Shown here one piece after another: positions 29,472-38,747 of a DNA stretch of 64,000 nucleotides. Below the pieces are notes generated by a model. That model was given only the letters and a program-made list of their open reading frames with translations, was not told the origin of the DNA and did no database searches. How positions within the stretch are numbered: position 1 is the stretch's first letter; every line of letters begins with the position of its first letter. Source of the stretch: Gemmatimonadota bacterium (GTDB lineage: Bacteria > Gemmatimonadota > Gemmatimonadetes > Gemmatimonadales > GWC2-71-9); assembly GCA_041498715.1 (NCBI GenBank), contig JBGQIW010000002.1:8499-72498 (forward strand). Direction: 5' to 3'. The position numbers and the translations under genes were made by a program.

Positions 29472-30953
29472 TCATCGCGCCGTCCGGCGCCACAGGCCGT
29501 AGACCGGAACGCCGAGCAGCACGATGAGGAGCCCGAGCTCGGAGTAGAGCCGCTGCTTCGGATCCACGAGCAGTACGACGAGCAGGAACGCAATGGCGAC
29601 AATGTAGAGCGCGGGCAGCACCGGATAGCCGAACGCCTTCACCGGACGGGGGACGTCGGGTCGGAGGCGGCGGAGGCGGAACAGCGCCACCGCCGTCAAC
29701 AGATAGAAGAGCAGCGCGGCAAAGATCACGTAGTTGAGCAGCTCGCTGTAGGTGCCGCTCACGCAGAGCACCATAGTCCACAGCGCCTGGGCGACGAGCC
29801 CGAACACCGGCGTGCGGAACTCCGGATGCAGCCGCCCCGCCCGCTGGAAGAAGAGCCGGTCCCGCGCCATCGCGTAGTAGACCCGCGCCCCCGCCAGGAT
29901 GAGTCCGTTGTTGCAGCCGAAGGTCGAGATCAGAATGGCGATCGCCATCAGGATCGCGCCCGGCGGGCCGAGCATCACTTCCATTGCCGCCGTGCCCACC
30001 CGATCCTGCGCCGCGTACTGGATGCCGCGCGCCAGCACGTCGGCGCCGTGCGGATCACCGTAGAACGGGAGCACGTTGAGGTAGGCCACGTTGGCGACGA
30101 CGTAGAGCAGGCTCACCAGCCCCGTGCCGAGCCCCAGCGCGAGCGGGAGATTCTTTTTCGGGTCGCGCACCTCGGCCGCGGCGAAGGTGACGTTGTTCCA
30201 CGCGTCGCTGGCAAAGAGCGAGCCCACCATGGCGGCCCCGATCACCGGCAGCACCCCGAGGGTCCAGTCCCCGGTCCCCCAGAAGGAGCCGAAGTTGGCC
30301 GCAGCCACGTCCGGCTGGCGGAAGATCGTGAGCCCGAGCAGGATGAGCGCGGCCAGCGCACCGACCTTGGCGACGGTGAAGAAGCTCTGGATCGCGGCGC
30401 CCAGCCGGACGCCCCGGACGTTCACCGCGGTGAGCACGGCCACCATGACGATCGCGACGACGCGCTGGGGTGAGAGGCCCAGTTGGATGGTCCCGCCCGG
30501 CATCTGGAACGACCCGAGCTTGAGGAATACATCGGGCGTGAGGCCGGGGATCAGCACCCCCAGGAACCGACCGAACGCCACGGCGACCGCCGCGATCGTG
30601 CCGCTCTGAATGACGGTGAAGAGCGTCCACCCGTACAGGAAGCCTGCCGAGGGCGCGAGCCCCTCCCGCAGGAACACGTACTGCCCGCCCGCGTTGGGCA
30701 TCATCGCGGCCAGCTCGGCGTACGCCAACGCGCCGATGACGGTGATGACGCCCGTGATCGCCCAGACGAGCAGAAGCCCGGCCGGACCCAGCGCCGAGAC
30801 CTGCCGGCTGATGTCCGCCGACACGATGAAGATCCCCGAGCCGATCATCGAGCCGACGACCAGGGAGACGGCGGCGAGCGGGCCGATGCCCCGAACGAAC
30901 TGCACCTCGCCGGGAGGCGACGCGTCGGTCTGGGCGACGGCGGGAGCGGCCAT
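29472..30953 (-). CDS. APC-superfamily amino acid permease
   Basis: 493 aa polytopic protein. GSMIGSGIF motif and overall APC architecture. Only distantly related to the 26285 permease. Confidence 0.85.
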   Translation of the reverse strand: MAAPAVAQTDASPPGEVQFVRGIGPLAAVSLVVGSMIGSGIFIVSADISRQVSALGPAGLLLVWAITGVITVIGALAYAELAAMMPNAGGQYVFLREGLAPSAGFLYGWTLFTVIQSGTIAAVAVAFGRFLGVLIPGLTPDVFLKLGSFQMPGGTIQLGLSPQRVVAIVMVAVLTAVNVRGVRLGAAIQSFFTVAKVGALAALILLGLTIFRQPDVAAANFGSFWGTGDWTLGVLPVIGAAMVGSLFASDAWNNVTFAAAEVRDPKKNLPLALGLGTGLVSLLYVVANVAYLNVLPFYGDPHGADVLARGIQYAAQDRVGTAAMEVMLGPPGAILMAIAILISTFGCNNGLILAGARVYYAMARDRLFFQRAGRLHPEFRTPVFGLVAQALWTMVLCVSGTYSELLNYVIFAALLFYLLTAVALFRLRRLRPDVPRPVKAFGYPVLPALYIVAIAFLLVVLLVDPKQRLYSELGLLIVLLGVPVYGLWRRTAR

Positions 30954-30983
30954 GAGGGACGAGGGGTGAGAGGGAAACCGGCG

Positions 30984-31334
30984 TCAGCCGGCGCTGCGAT
31001 CCGCCGGCGGCGTGGGTGGCAGCTCCTTGCGCCCGCTGTCCGCGGCGCGGACCGCCTCCTCCACCACGGCCTGACCGGCCGCGGCGAGCCCCTTCATCAC
31101 CCGGGCGGCGCTGTCCATGAGCCCCACCGTCCCGCTGATGGCCTGGATGGGGAGCTTACCGGCCCGCATGGTGTCCTCGACCGTCTCGGTCAGCCGCGCG
31201 AGCAGACCGCCGGGCCGGGCCCGCTCGGCGTACTTGCTGGACAGGAACTCGGCGTAGTCCAGCACCTCGTACGCCCGCTCGTCGCTCAGCGTGTCGAGCG
31301 CCCGGAGGATGCGTTGTCTCAGAAGATCGTTCAT
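30984..31334 (-). CDS. Small hypothetical protein
   Basis: 116 aa from MNDLLRQRILRALDTLSDERAYEVLDYAEFL. ATGA overlap with the upstream SH3-like gene. No confident family. Confidence 0.4.
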   Translation of the reverse strand: MNDLLRQRILRALDTLSDERAYEVLDYAEFLSSKYAERARPGGLLARLTETVEDTMRAGKLPIQAISGTVGLMDSAARVMKGLAAAGQAVVEEAVRAADSGRKELPPTPPADRSAG

Positions 31335-32440
31335 CGTGGCGCTCCGTTCATGACCCCGACCAGCTCGACCACCGGCGTCGCCAGGTATTTGGTCCGCGGC
31401 GCGCGGACGATGATGCGCAGCGTGAGCTCCTGGAGCGGCGGGAGGGACTGGAACTGGGCCAGCTGGTCCCGGGGGACGATGACGTAAACGAACCCGGGCT
31501 CCGGCAACGGGCCGCGGGTGAGGAGGAACGGCTGCCCCGGAGGCAGCTCCGAGCGAAGCTCGTCGGCGGTCTGAATGGCGATGACCTGCACCCGCCACTC
31601 CAGGGTCTTGCCCACGTAACGCTCCGGGTCGGCCCGGATCTCGGACGCAGTGACACCGACCTCGGCGCCGTCGGAAGCGGGCTTGAGATCGCTCTCCCGC
31701 ACCCAGCCTTCGAGTTGGACCCGCACCCAGGCGCCGGCCCGGCCGACGATCCGGCCGCCGGTGCCGGGCTCGAGCGTGGCGAGCTGCCCGCCATCCGGCG
31801 TCGCCGCGAGCGCGGCGGACTTGGCCGCCTCGACCCGAATCTCCTGGCCGGCCGGCGTCGGCGTGTCCGCGGGCGGCGGCGGCTGGCGTTGCACGCCCGC
31901 GCGCTGCGCCGAGCCGGGCTTCTGCGCGGGCTTGGCGGGTGACGGCTTTGCCGACGCTGGATTCTGGCGTGGGGACAACGAGGCCGTCTCGATCGGCGGA
32001 GTGGTCAACAGCCGACGAGGCACCCAGCCGGTGCGCTTGACGTGGACCCAGCCGCTCCGGGCCCCGAGCTTCCGGAGCAGCGTGCCCTTGCGAAACCGCG
32101 CCAGCACCGAGCCGTTGGGCGCCTCGCGAAGGTTCTCGCCGTCGGTCGCCGTCACGATGAGATCGAATCCGTCGCGCGCCGTGGGGCCGACCGAGCCGCC
32201 GACGATCCAGCCGTTCAGGGTGACCTCGACCCAGGAGCCCTGCGCTCTCCCGGCGGTCACCATCGCCCCGTCGGGAAGGCTGCCGAGCACCATGCCGCCG
32301 ATGCCGCGGCGAAGCTCGGTCGCGCCGCCGAGCCGGCTCCGTGCCTGCGCGCTCAGCGGCGCCGCGGCGAGCAGGAGAAACGCCAGCAAACAGGCTGGTA
32401 GCCGGCGGAGGGTGGGACTAGATTGGGGCGCTTGAATCAC
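31331..32440 (-). CDS. Secreted protein with repeated SH3b-like modules
   Basis: Signal peptide. Three segments of the type G..V.V...GW(V/I) (GSWVEVTLNGWI, SGWVHVKRTGWV, GAWVRVQLEGWV) separated by a Pro/Ala-rich linker. Confidence 0.5.
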   Translation of the reverse strand: MIQAPQSSPTLRRLPACLLAFLLLAAAPLSAQARSRLGGATELRRGIGGMVLGSLPDGAMVTAGRAQGSWVEVTLNGWIVGGSVGPTARDGFDLIVTATDGENLREAPNGSVLARFRKGTLLRKLGARSGWVHVKRTGWVPRRLLTTPPIETASLSPRQNPASAKPSPAKPAQKPGSAQRAGVQRQPPPPADTPTPAGQEIRVEAAKSAALAATPDGGQLATLEPGTGGRIVGRAGAWVRVQLEGWVRESDLKPASDGAEVGVTASEIRADPERYVGKTLEWRVQVIAIQTADELRSELPPGQPFLLTRGPLPEPGFVYVIVPRDQLAQFQSLPPLQELTLRIIVRAPRTKYLATPVVELVGVMNGAPR

Positions 32441-32470
32441 CGTCGCGCATAGTAGAGTCCGCGGAGAGCC

Positions 32471-34021
32471 ATGTCAAACCGAAGCGGGCGCCGCCCGGTT
32501 GCGCTCGTCGTCCTGGACGGCTGGGGTTACCGGGAAGCGCGCGAGGGTAACGCGATCGAGCTGGCCGACACACCCGTGTGGCACGGGCTCTGGTCCTCGC
32601 GGCCGCGGACCCTGCTCGCCGCCAGCGGGCTCCGGGTCGGGCTCCCCGAAGGACAGATGGGAAACAGCGAGGTCGGTCACCTGAATCTCGGCGCCGGCCG
32701 CGTCGTTCCGCAGGATCTCGTCCGCATTTCCGAGAGCATCCGCAGCGGGGAGTTCTACCAGCTCGGAGCGCTGGTCGAGCTGGGCGCGTACCTCCGGCAA
32801 ACCGGGGGCACGCTCCATCTCGTGGGCCTGCTGGGCCCGGGCGGCGTGCACGCCCTCGACCGGCATCTCCTCGCCTGCATCGAGCTCGGCGTGCGGCTCA
32901 AGGTCCCGGCGATCGCGATCCATGGCTTTCTCGACGGCCGGGACGCCCCGCCCACGCTGGGCGCGGAAGTGGTGCGCACGCTGCTCCAGGACATGCGGCG
33001 CATCGCCGGCACGCGGGTCGAGCTCGCCACCCTCTGCGGCCGCTACTATGCCATGGATCGCGACCGCCGGTGGGAGCGTACCAAGATCGCGTACGACGCC
33101 ATGGTCCACGGCGTAGGCGGCACGATCACCCACCCGGTGCTGGCGGTGCAGGCCGCCTACCAGCGGGGCGAGACCGACGAGTTCCTCAAGCCGGTGGTGC
33201 ACTACCGCGACGGCGTGCCGGTGGCCCACGTGCGCGATGGCGACGGCGTCTTCTTCTTCAATTACCGCAGCGACCGGATGCGCCAGATCGTGGCGGCGAC
33301 GTGCCTGGACAGCTTCGGGGGCTTCGACGTCCGAGACCGTCCGGCCCTGCGGTGCGTGACGATGACGCAGTACGACCAGACCTTCCCGCTGCCACAGGCG
33401 TTTCCTCCGTTTACGCTGGCGCGGATTCTGGCGCCGGTGCTCGCGGACGCGGGGATGACCCAGTTCCGCACCGCGGAAACCGAGAAGTATCCCCACGTCA
33501 CTTATTTCTTTAATGGCGGCGTCGAGCCTCCTTATCCGAACGAGGAGCGCTGTCTGATTCCCTCGCAGCGGGTCGCCACGTACGACCTGGCGCCCGAGAT
33601 GAGCGCCGCGGGCGTGACCGAGGCGCTCTGCCGGACGCTGGAGTCGAAGGCCCACGACTTCGTGCTGTGCAACTACGCCAACGCCGACATGGTGGGTCAC
33701 ACCGGCGTCGTCCCCGCCGTCGTCAAGGCAGTGGAGACGGTGGACCGCTGTCTCGACCGGGTGCTCCGTAGTGCGGGAAAGGTCGAGGCCACCGTCCTCA
33801 TTACTGCCGACCACGGCAACGCGGAGACCATGATCGATCCCACGACCGGCGGCGTCCACACCGCCCATACGACCAACCCCGTGCCCTTCGTGGCCGTGCG
33901 GGGCGGGTGCACCGAGCTTCGCGCGGGCGGCGCGCTCTGCGACGTGGCCCCGACGGTGCTCGGCCTCCTCGGGCTCGACCAGCCGGCGGAGATGACCGGC
34001 CGCGACCTGCGCCAGGGCTGA
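32471..34021 (+). CDS. gpmI: 2,3-bisphosphoglycerate-independent phosphoglycerate mutase
   Basis: 516 aa. LVVLDGWG, MGNSEVGHLNLGAGR and ADHGNAE motifs. Confidence 0.95.
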   Translation: MSNRSGRRPVALVVLDGWGYREAREGNAIELADTPVWHGLWSSRPRTLLAASGLRVGLPEGQMGNSEVGHLNLGAGRVVPQDLVRISESIRSGEFYQLGALVELGAYLRQTGGTLHLVGLLGPGGVHALDRHLLACIELGVRLKVPAIAIHGFLDGRDAPPTLGAEVVRTLLQDMRRIAGTRVELATLCGRYYAMDRDRRWERTKIAYDAMVHGVGGTITHPVLAVQAAYQRGETDEFLKPVVHYRDGVPVAHVRDGDGVFFFNYRSDRMRQIVAATCLDSFGGFDVRDRPALRCVTMTQYDQTFPLPQAFPPFTLARILAPVLADAGMTQFRTAETEKYPHVTYFFNGGVEPPYPNEERCLIPSQRVATYDLAPEMSAAGVTEALCRTLESKAHDFVLCNYANADMVGHTGVVPAVVKAVETVDRCLDRVLRSAGKVEATVLITADHGNAETMIDPTTGGVHTAHTTNPVPFVAVRGGCTELRAGGALCDVAPTVLGLLGLDQPAEMTGRDLRQG

Positions 34022-34026
34022 CCCCG

Positions 34027-34695
34027 ATGCGACTCTCGACCGCGCTCCTGATCCCGGCCCTCGCCTGCCCGCCCTTGCTCGCGGCGCAGGTCGGTCATCC
34101 GCCCCAGAGCAGCCCGTACTCCGACCTCGCCAAGGGCAACAGCTTCACGGTGTTGGGGGGGCGGTTCATGGGGGACGGCGGCCGCCTGGGCGTGGGGCCC
34201 AACAGCGGGTACACCTTCGGCATCCGGTATGACTTCCGCGCCTCACGCGCCCTCGCGCTGGGCCTGGGCGTCGAGCGGGGCAACCTCCAGCGGCTGATCA
34301 TCACCCCCAGCCAGCCGGTGGCCCAGCGCACCTCCGGACCGGTAGACCAGCAGGTGACCTTCGCCGAGGCCTTCATCACGCTCAACCTGACCGGTGGCAA
34401 GACGTGGCACGGCTTTGCGCCCTTCACCGGCATCGTGAGCGGCGTCGCGTTCGCCAGCAGCACGCCCGCGGACACCAGCGGTTACAACTTCGGGAAGAAG
34501 TTCTTCTTCGCTCCGGCCGCGGGCTTCCGCATGTTCCTCGGCGACCGGCTGCACCTCCGGGCTGAGGTCCGGGGCAGCTTCTGGAAGCTCTCGTATCCGC
34601 CTAGCTTCAATGCAGGCATCACGCCGGTCACGGCGAACGTCTCGGAGTGGAATCTGACGCCGTGGTTCGTGGTCGGGCTCGGCCTCATCATTTAG
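34027..34695 (+). CDS. Putative outer-membrane beta-barrel protein
   Basis: Signal peptide MRLSTALLIPALACPPLLAAQ, alternating beta-strand pattern, aromatic-rich C-terminus (WFVVGLGLII). Confidence 0.4.
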   Translation: MRLSTALLIPALACPPLLAAQVGHPPQSSPYSDLAKGNSFTVLGGRFMGDGGRLGVGPNSGYTFGIRYDFRASRALALGLGVERGNLQRLIITPSQPVAQRTSGPVDQQVTFAEAFITLNLTGGKTWHGFAPFTGIVSGVAFASSTPADTSGYNFGKKFFFAPAAGFRMFLGDRLHLRAEVRGSFWKLSYPPSFNAGITPVTANVSEWNLTPWFVVGLGLII

Positions 34696-34703
34696 TGCGC
34701 GGC

Positions 34704-35120
34704 ATGCCCGTCACGCTCACCCGTACCGTCAGCTTCTTCGCTCTCCACCGGCTCTACCGGCCCGAGTGGAGCCCAGAGCGCAATCGTGAGGCGTTCGGCC
34801 CCCTCTCGGAGGAGCCGCCCCACGGCCACGAGTACCGCTGCGCGGTCACCGTGAGCGGGGCGCCGGGAGCCGCGCGGGACTTGCTCGTCGACCTGGCCGA
34901 GCTCGATCGCATCCTGCAGGAAGAAGTCGTCGAGCCGTTCGCCGGGAAGTATCTCAACCGCGACCTTCCTGCGTTCGCGCGGACGCTGCCGACGTGCGAG
35001 GCGATGGCCGAGCACGTGTTCGCCAAGCTGGCCGCCCGGCTCCCCGCCGGCACGCGGCTCGAGGGGGTGCGGGTGATGGAGGACCCCACGCTGTATGCCG
35101 ACTGCACCGGAATCGCCTGA
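34704..35120 (+). CDS. 6-pyruvoyl-tetrahydropterin / 6-carboxy-tetrahydropterin synthase family (QueD-like)
   Basis: 138 aa. FFALHRL..., HGHEY and a C-terminal TxxxxE...V pattern typical of the PTPS/QueD fold. Confidence 0.7.
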   Translation: MPVTLTRTVSFFALHRLYRPEWSPERNREAFGPLSEEPPHGHEYRCAVTVSGAPGAARDLLVDLAELDRILQEEVVEPFAGKYLNRDLPAFARTLPTCEAMAEHVFAKLAARLPAGTRLEGVRVMEDPTLYADCTGIA

Positions 35121-35151
35121 CCTTGCCCGCCCCGCCAAGCGCGGTGGACGG

Positions 35152-35859
35152 ATGTCGGCGCATGCCGCCGTCGAGGAAGCCCCGGTCTGGCTCGAGGTGA
35201 ACGGGCGGCCCGCGGTCACCTGGATGTGCACCCCGGCGCAGCTGGAGGAGCTGGCCGTCGGCTGGCTCCACGGCGAGGGGTACATCAACGCCATAACCGA
35301 GGTGAAGCTCCGCCCCTGCGCCACCGACCTCGGCTTCTGGGCCGAGGTCCCGGAGGAGCGACTGGCGGCGGTGCAGGCGGAAGGGCGCCGCCCGGTGCTC
35401 GCGTCCGGCTGCGGGGCGGTCTCTACCTACCTGGCGGACCCGGCCACGGTAAAGGCGGAGCCGGCGCGCGGGCTGCCGCCCGGGGTCGAGCATCTACGCG
35501 CCCTGTTCAAGCAGCTGTTCGCCCAGGGCGAGCGGTACAAGGACACGGGCGGCATCCACGCCGCCGCGCTGGCGGACGGCGCCACGCTGATCGCGCATGC
35601 GGAGGATATTGGCCGGCACAACGCCGTGGACAAGGCCATTGGCGGTGCGCTGCTCGCCCAACAGCCGATCACTGGCCTCGGCCTGCTGGTGACTGGGCGC
35701 ATCTCGGCCGAGCTGGCGTTCAAGGCCGCCCGGGCCGGCATTGCGTGGGTCGCCACGCCGTCGGTCCCCTCCACGCTCGCGGTCGAGATCGCTCGCCGGA
35801 GCGGGATGGCCCTCGTGGGCCGGGCGGTGAGCGGGGAGCCCCAGGTGTGGCGCGAGTAA
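35152..35859 (+). CDS. fdhD: Formate dehydrogenase accessory sulfurtransferase
   Basis: TGGIHAAAL and EDIGRHNAVDKAIG motifs. The start could instead be the ATG at 35095, which overlaps the QueD-like gene. Confidence 0.85.
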   Translation: MSAHAAVEEAPVWLEVNGRPAVTWMCTPAQLEELAVGWLHGEGYINAITEVKLRPCATDLGFWAEVPEERLAAVQAEGRRPVLASGCGAVSTYLADPATVKAEPARGLPPGVEHLRALFKQLFAQGERYKDTGGIHAAALADGATLIAHAEDIGRHNAVDKAIGGALLAQQPITGLGLLVTGRISAELAFKAARAGIAWVATPSVPSTLAVEIARRSGMALVGRAVSGEPQVWRE

Positions 35860-36440
35860 CCGGCGCCATTCTCGGGGGCGGCGGGGCCACCCGCTTCGCC
35901 GGCCGGCCGAAGGGGCTGGAGCGGGTGGGCGGGGTCAGGATCCTGGATCGCCTCGTGGATGTCTTCGGCGAGGCGCTGGGCGCGGCACCACTGCTCGTCG
36001 CCAACGCGCCCGAAGCGCCGGTCTGGCGCCCGGATCTCCGCGTCGTGGCCGACGTGCGGCCGGGCCTGGGTTCCCTGGGAGGCATCTACACCGCGGTGGT
36101 CGAGGCGCCGGCCCCGGTAGTCTGCGTCGCGTGGGACATGCCGTTCGTGACGCCGGCGCTGCTGCAGGGGCTGGCTGCGGGCCTGGCGGAGTGGGATGCC
36201 TTCCTCCCGGAGAGCGACGGCCGGCGCGGCGTGGAGCCGCTCTGCGCCGCGTACGGCCCGGCGTGCGCGGCTGCGATCGTCGCGAGCCTGGAGGCCGGCG
36301 ACCTGCGGGCGATCGGATTCCACGGCGCGATCCGCGCCGGGCGGCTGCCGCTCGATGCGGTGCGGCGCTTCGGTGATCCGGCGCGGCTCTTCTTCAACGT
36401 GAACACGGCGGACGACCTCGCGCGCGCGGACGCGCTCTGA
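35847..36440 (+). CDS. mobA: Molybdenum cofactor guanylyltransferase
   Basis: TGAILGGGGATRFAGRPKG N-terminus (LAGGxxxRMG-type motif). GTG start inferred; the upstream part of the track ORF is out of context. Confidence 0.75.
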   Translation: MARVTGAILGGGGATRFAGRPKGLERVGGVRILDRLVDVFGEALGAAPLLVANAPEAPVWRPDLRVVADVRPGLGSLGGIYTAVVEAPAPVVCVAWDMPFVTPALLQGLAAGLAEWDAFLPESDGRRGVEPLCAAYGPACAAAIVASLEAGDLRAIGFHGAIRAGRLPLDAVRRFGDPARLFFNVNTADDLARADAL

Positions 36441-36442
36441 CC

Positions 36443-36967
36443 ATGCGAATCATCTCGGTGATCGGGCGGAAGAACGCGGGAAAGACGACGCTGACCGTGG
36501 CGCTCGCGAGCGAGTTCGTGCGCCGGGGCCGGCGGGTCATGACCATCAAGCACGGCCACCACCCCGCGGATGTGGATCGGCCGGGCAGCGACACGTTTCG
36601 CCACTTCACCGAGGCCAAGGCGGAGCGCACGCTGATCGCGGCGCCCGAGCTGCGCGTGCTCTTCGAGCGCAGCGCCGACGACTACGATCCCGTCGGCCTC
36701 GCGCGGCGCTACATGGACGGCGCGGACCTCGTGCTGTGCGAGGGGTACAAGCGCGCGCCGCTTCCCAAGATCGAGGTCTGGCGCAAGGCCGTCGGGGGAG
36801 GCCCGCTCTACGACGCCACGGCAGCCAACGCAAAGGAATGGGTGGCGCTGGTGAGCGACGACCGGGAGATCGGCGCCACGGTGCGGTGCCCGGTCCTCGC
36901 CTTCAGCGACACCAACTGGCTCCAGACGCTCGCCAACATCGCGTGGGAGCGGGCGCTGGTCCTGTGA
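36443..36967 (+). CDS. mobB: Molybdopterin-guanine dinucleotide biosynthesis adapter protein
   Basis: MRIISVIGRKNAGKTTL (P-loop), 174 aa. Confidence 0.85.
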   Translation: MRIISVIGRKNAGKTTLTVALASEFVRRGRRVMTIKHGHHPADVDRPGSDTFRHFTEAKAERTLIAAPELRVLFERSADDYDPVGLARRYMDGADLVLCEGYKRAPLPKIEVWRKAVGGGPLYDATAANAKEWVALVSDDREIGATVRCPVLAFSDTNWLQTLANIAWERALVL

Positions 36968-38220
36968 CCGACACGGCGCTCGCCGCGGCCGACGCCGCGC
37001 GGCGAATCCTCGCCGAGGTCCGGCGCCAGCCGGCGCTTCGCGTCCCGCTCGACGACGCGCTCGACAGCGTGCTCGCCGAGGACATCGTGAGCCCCCTCGA
37101 CATCCCCGCCTGGACCAACTCCGCCATGGATGGGTACGCGGCTCGCGCCGCCGACGTGCGGGGCGCGTCGGCCGAGGCGCCGGTACGGCTGCAGGTCCTG
37201 GAGCAGCTCCCGGCAGGCCGGTTCCCCACCCGGACGCTCGGACCGGGCGAGAGCGCGCGGATCTTCACGGGGGCCCCGCTCCCCGAGGGCGCCGATAGCG
37301 TCATCCGCCAGGAGGACACCGACTTCGGCACCGAGACGGTGACCGTTCTCAAAGATCGGGACGCCGGGGTGAACATCCGCAAGGTCGGCGAGGACATCCG
37401 GAAGGGACAAACGGTGCTCCGCGCCGGCACTCCCCTCGGGCCGGCGCACCTCGGCGTGCTCGCCTCGCTCGCGGTGGCCCACCCTCTGGTACACCGGCGG
37501 CCGCGGGTGGCGATCCTCGGGAGCGGCGACGAGATCGTGGACATCGATCAGCCCGAGGCCATCCTGAGCGGGCGAAAGACCGCGAGCAGCAACACCCACA
37601 CCCTGGCGGCTCTGGTCCGACAGGCGGGCGGGGAGCCGGTGAACCTCGGCATCGCGGGGGACACCCCGGAGAGCCTGCGTGCCCACCTCGCTCGGGCGCT
37701 CGAGTCGGATATGCTCGTCACGACCGCGGGTATCAGCGTCGGTGAGCACGACTACGTGCGCACGGTGCTCGAGGAGCTGGGCGCGGAGCAGCGGTTCTGG
37801 AAGCTCCGGATGCGGCCGGGGGCGCCGGTCGGCTTCGGCCTGCTGCGCGGAATCCCCTGGATCGGGCTGCCGGGCAATCCGGTCAGCACGATGGTGACGT
37901 TCGAGCTGTTCGTCCGGCCCGCCATCCGCGCGATGAGCGGCCACGCGCTTCCCTTCCGCCGGGCCATCTCCGTCCGCGCCGCAGAGCCGATCAGCGTGAA
38001 GCCGAGACTGCAGCACTTTCTCCGGGGGATCGTGCACGAGACACCGACCGGCCCCGAGGCCCGCCTCACCGGCCCGCAGGGCTCGGGCATCCTCACCTCG
38101 ATGGTCCTGGCGAACGCCCTGCTGGTCCTGCCGGAGGGCCAGTTCGAGACGCCGGCCGGCGCCTTGGTGCAGGCGATCGTGCTCGACGATCCGATCCATC
38201 AGGCGGAGCCCGGGTTTTGA
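36964..38220 (+). CDS. moeA: Molybdopterin molybdenumtransferase
   Basis: SPLDIPAWTNSAMDGYA, TTAGISVGEHDY and GLPGNPVS motifs. GTGA overlap with mobB. Confidence 0.9.
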   Translation: MTDTALAAADAARRILAEVRRQPALRVPLDDALDSVLAEDIVSPLDIPAWTNSAMDGYAARAADVRGASAEAPVRLQVLEQLPAGRFPTRTLGPGESARIFTGAPLPEGADSVIRQEDTDFGTETVTVLKDRDAGVNIRKVGEDIRKGQTVLRAGTPLGPAHLGVLASLAVAHPLVHRRPRVAILGSGDEIVDIDQPEAILSGRKTASSNTHTLAALVRQAGGEPVNLGIAGDTPESLRAHLARALESDMLVTTAGISVGEHDYVRTVLEELGAEQRFWKLRMRPGAPVGFGLLRGIPWIGLPGNPVSTMVTFELFVRPAIRAMSGHALPFRRAISVRAAEPISVKPRLQHFLRGIVHETPTGPEARLTGPQGSGILTSMVLANALLVLPEGQFETPAGALVQAIVLDDPIHQAEPGF

Positions 38221-38519
38221 GCGCGGTACGGTACGAGGTGACGGTCGAGGTGGAGCCGCCGCTGGTGGACGGGTTCGTCCGGTACATGCGAGACAAGCAC
38301 ATCCCTGAGATCTTCGCCACCGGCTGCTTCCGCCGGATCCGCCTCGATCGGGCCGGCCCCACCACGCTGCGAACCGTGTACGAGGCCCTGACCCAGCAGG
38401 ATCTCGAGCGGTACCTGCGGGACCACACGGCCGTATTCCGGGCCGACTTCGCGGCGCATTTCCCCAGTGGCGTCACGGTCGGCCGGTGCACTTGGAGCGA
38501 GATCGCGAGCTGGGGGTAA
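38217..38519 (+). CDS. DUF4286-family small protein
   Basis: 100 aa. YEVTVEVEPPLVDGFVRYMRDKHIPEI resembles DUF4286. The TTG start makes a TTGA overlap with moeA. Confidence 0.55.
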   Translation: MSAVRYEVTVEVEPPLVDGFVRYMRDKHIPEIFATGCFRRIRLDRAGPTTLRTVYEALTQQDLERYLRDHTAVFRADFAAHFPSGVTVGRCTWSEIASWG

Positions 38520-38545
38520 GCACCGGCCGGCGACCTTGGCCGGCG

Positions 38546-38575
38546 TTGACGCCGCAACGCTTCCCCGTCTAAATT
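38546..38575 (+). promoter_or_regulatory. Sigma-70-like promoter (TTGACG-N18-TAAATT)
   Basis: Near-consensus -35 and -10 hexamers, conspicuous in a GC-rich intergenic region about 190 nt upstream of htpX. Confidence 0.45.
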
Positions 38576-38693
38576 ACCGCCCGTAGAAGGGGAGTAGCTC
38601 ATCCGCCTCGGGGCGGACGCCCGGATCGTCAAGACTGTCCGCTGTGGCGGGCACGGTCCGGCAGGAAGCGTGGGACGACCCCGCGCGTTCAGA

Positions 38694-38747
38694 GCGAGAC
38701 CTTCGTCCACGCTGCCCCGGCAGCGGACGAAGGTCTCGCTTCTTTAT
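38694..38747 (+). terminator. Intrinsic terminator / attenuator hairpin upstream of htpX
   Basis: GCGAGACCTTCGTC-CA-CGCTGC-CCCG-GCAGCG-GACGAAGGTCTCGC forms about 20 bp of stem, followed by TTCTTTAT. It lies 22 nt before the htpX ATG, just upstream of a GAGGAA RBS. Confidence 0.55.

Noticed and set aside
38653-38668. GGTCCGGCAGGAAGC resembles the SRP (4.5S) RNA domain IV core GGUCCGGAAGGAAGC.
   Set aside because: The tetraloop is GGCA rather than GGAA (GNAR). The conserved A residues of the symmetric loop are replaced. The flanks do not fold into the helix 8/helix 5 hairpin, and the 5' and 3' ends do not pair. Still worth one Infernal run.
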